Assembly: GCA_036785375.1 (NCBI GenBank) | Contig: JAWMAR010000258.1 | Coordinates: forward strand, 1,984,001-2,048,000 | Length of the DNA stretch: 64,000 nt | DNA from: Leucoraja ocellata | Taxonomy: Eukaryota | Reading direction: 5' to 3' | Shown here: positions 61,999 through 64,000 of the stretch, piece by piece | How the letters are laid out: each line of letters begins with the position of its first letter | Numbering within the stretch: position 1 is the stretch's first letter | Position numbers and translations under genes: made by a program | Notes under the pieces: model-generated | Told to the model about the DNA's origin: nothing | The model's database searches: none | The model's input: only the letters and a program-made list of their open reading frames with translations

Positions 61999-62862
61999 TA
62001 GGTATGTTACAAAACCTACCTGAATCGTCATTGGGAATCTGCCCTCAGCCATGGCCGCGATTTTGGCGCTGTTTGGAGGGGGCGGGTTTAAAACGCGATT
62101 GTTACTAGGCTGTACTAATCGCACATGTTCAGCCTAGTAAATCATTAACGAAAAATCACTGCAAGACCCGGTCGCAAAAGGTATTATTAGTTTTATAGGC
62201 CTCGATAATATAGTTCTAATAGTTTTAAAATTACTGTTTAATTCCGCAACCTCTCGCAGCCCCAGGGTTTTATAAAGCAAACAATTAAAGGTATGTACCT
62301 TATTTTTACATTAAATGGGGCATATATATAACCCTATATATCAAATTATCTATAACGAATAGTTCATTTTGGGCTTTTTATATCCCGCAGTATTTTTCTC
62401 GGCATTTGAGGGCACTAATCCAGCGCTATGTCAACGTTCTAAACCAGCGCGTTCCACATAAACCCACTAGAAAGCCGATTTAAATGGGCATTTATTTACA
62501 GCAATTGAACACTAAATTCCTTCTATTTGGCCTATAAATTAATGTAAATTAGATATAAAAATCATGTTATATTGTGAATTATTTGTGAATAATCTTTGGA
62601 CACTTAGGCTATTTAAAAATGTTAATCTTTCCTTAAGAAATGGGCTTTTGATTATCCAAGATCACAGCTTTTTTGTAATATCCATTGAAAATCAATAGGG
62701 AACAAGATGCTAATTTCCGAGTATGAAAATGGTCATAACTTTTTTTAATACTTGCGATATGAAAGTGAATTTGGTGTCAAATTAAACTTATTGTTATGCT
62801 TTATCTGATGGGATAAATTGCAGACTTGATTTTTTTAATCTCAAAATTTTGTAACATTGCCA
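61999..62862. mobile_element. Non-autonomous DNA transposon (probably hAT), copy 2, inserted in a Penelope-like fragment
   Basis: Same TIRs; AATAAGG duplicated on both flanks. Confidence 0.78.
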
Positions 62863-63363
62863 AATAAGGGGAGTTAAAGTGTTTGGCAACTGGCAGAATA
62901 ATAGACTAAGCTGTAGGCTAAGGCGGACTGAGCAGAGGTGTTTAGTGAAATGATTGCTTGGTCTCCCCAATATGTAGGAGACCACACTTGGAACAGCAGA
63001 TACAGGAGATGAGATTGGAAGAGGTGCAAATGAACTTCTGCCTCACCTGCAAGGACCGTTGGGGTCCCTGGACGGGGTGAAGGAGGATAAATATGGACAG
63101 GTGTTGCATGTGCCATTGCAGGGGATGGTACCTGGGGAGGTGTTGGTTTTGGGCGGTAGGGGGTGAGTCCGCAACCGTAGGAGATGTAACATCTGTCCCT
63201 ATTCCTTTTCTCCAGAGATGCTGCTTGACCCACTGAGTTACTCCAGCTTTTAATGTTTATCTTTGATGTAAACCAGCAACTGTGGTTCCTTTCTACACAT
63301 TTTCCCTGAAATCCAATCCTGGTTCCTGCAAACCGGAAGAGGACAAGATGAGAGTTTTATCAA

Positions 63364-64000
63364 TCTATCTACACATAACTAAATCTCTCATCTTGTTCTC
63401 TTCCGGTTTGCGGTGTTTTTACATCTGTGCAAAAACAGTACCTGATAGCGCTATGATTGTACGCCATCTTACCCGCCATTCTCCTGTGCTGCAAGTACAC
63501 CAGGTTTTGTTCCGATTGGTGGAATATTACAAATGTTATGACAGTTTAAAAATCGTAAAAACCACGTATATGCGCAGATTGGTCTCCTCTTCTGTCAGCA
63601 GATTGGTTTTATCTACTGTCATTCGCCGTGATGGCGACGCCCCTTCCGGCACTCGCTGTCAATCACTGGCGGCGGGGAGAATAAAGCTGAAGGAGCGGAG
63701 TGAGCGGAGTGCGGAGAGCGAGTGATGGCTGCGACAGCGTCGAGCACGACGATGAACTGGGAGCTGATAAGTGTGGCCGGAGCCAGGGCCGGGAGCTGCT
63801 GAGTGAGGCCGGAGTCGGGAGCCATTGAGTGAGGCCGGAGCCGTCCCCGTCCAAGGCTGCAGGATGCTCCCCACCAGTCCCCGCCTGAAGCCGGTGAGGA
63901 GCGGCAGCGACAGGCCACGGCAGCGGCAGAGGTAGGCAGAGTTAGGGGTAGGCCACGGCAGAGCTCCCCCCCCACCGGCCGTCGACAGGCCCCGCCTGAA
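63364..64000 (+). mobile_element. Probable 5' part of another non-autonomous Helitron
   Basis: a|TCTATCTACACATAACTAAATCTCTCATCTTG resembles the 5' ends at 33577 and 39732; runs off the window. Confidence 0.6.

Overview
This is repeat-rich vertebrate genomic DNA, most likely from a cartilaginous fish (skate or ray type, inferred from the HE1-like V-SINE and HER1/CR1 repeat content). It is not prokaryotic, and almost all ORFs in the supplied track are spurious or repeat-derived. Three spliced genes were reconstructed by hand. (1) On the minus strand at 24912->2078, running off the left edge, 14 GT-AG exons splice in frame into 642 codons. They encode a split signal peptide, a six-cysteine TIM/HAVCR-type IgV domain, a short mucin exon, two duplicated stalk exons, a GAIN domain with a degenerate GPS, and an ADGRE (EMR/CD97)-type 7TM (TM1-TM5 in the window). 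No EGF exons were found. The product looks like a chimeric TIM-IgV adhesion GPCR and a candidate phosphatidylserine-sensing GPCR; this is the main finding. (2) On the plus strand is a two-exon GPR139-like class A GPCR (42498-42564 + 47835-48745, 325 aa) with a TATA promoter. (3) On the minus strand is the last coding exon of ZNF653 (58000-58177). The remainder is transposable elements: CR1 LINEs (one with a long intact ORF2), V-SINEs, Penelope-like repeats carrying minimal hammerhead motifs, a decayed Helitron plus non-autonomous Helitrons, DIRS-like remnants, hAT/Harbinger-like MITEs, Tx1, L2 and Tc1 fragments, and minisatellites. There are two assembly gaps (3072-3208, 44815-45014). All gene models are manual and lack transcript evidence, and repeat boundaries are approximate.
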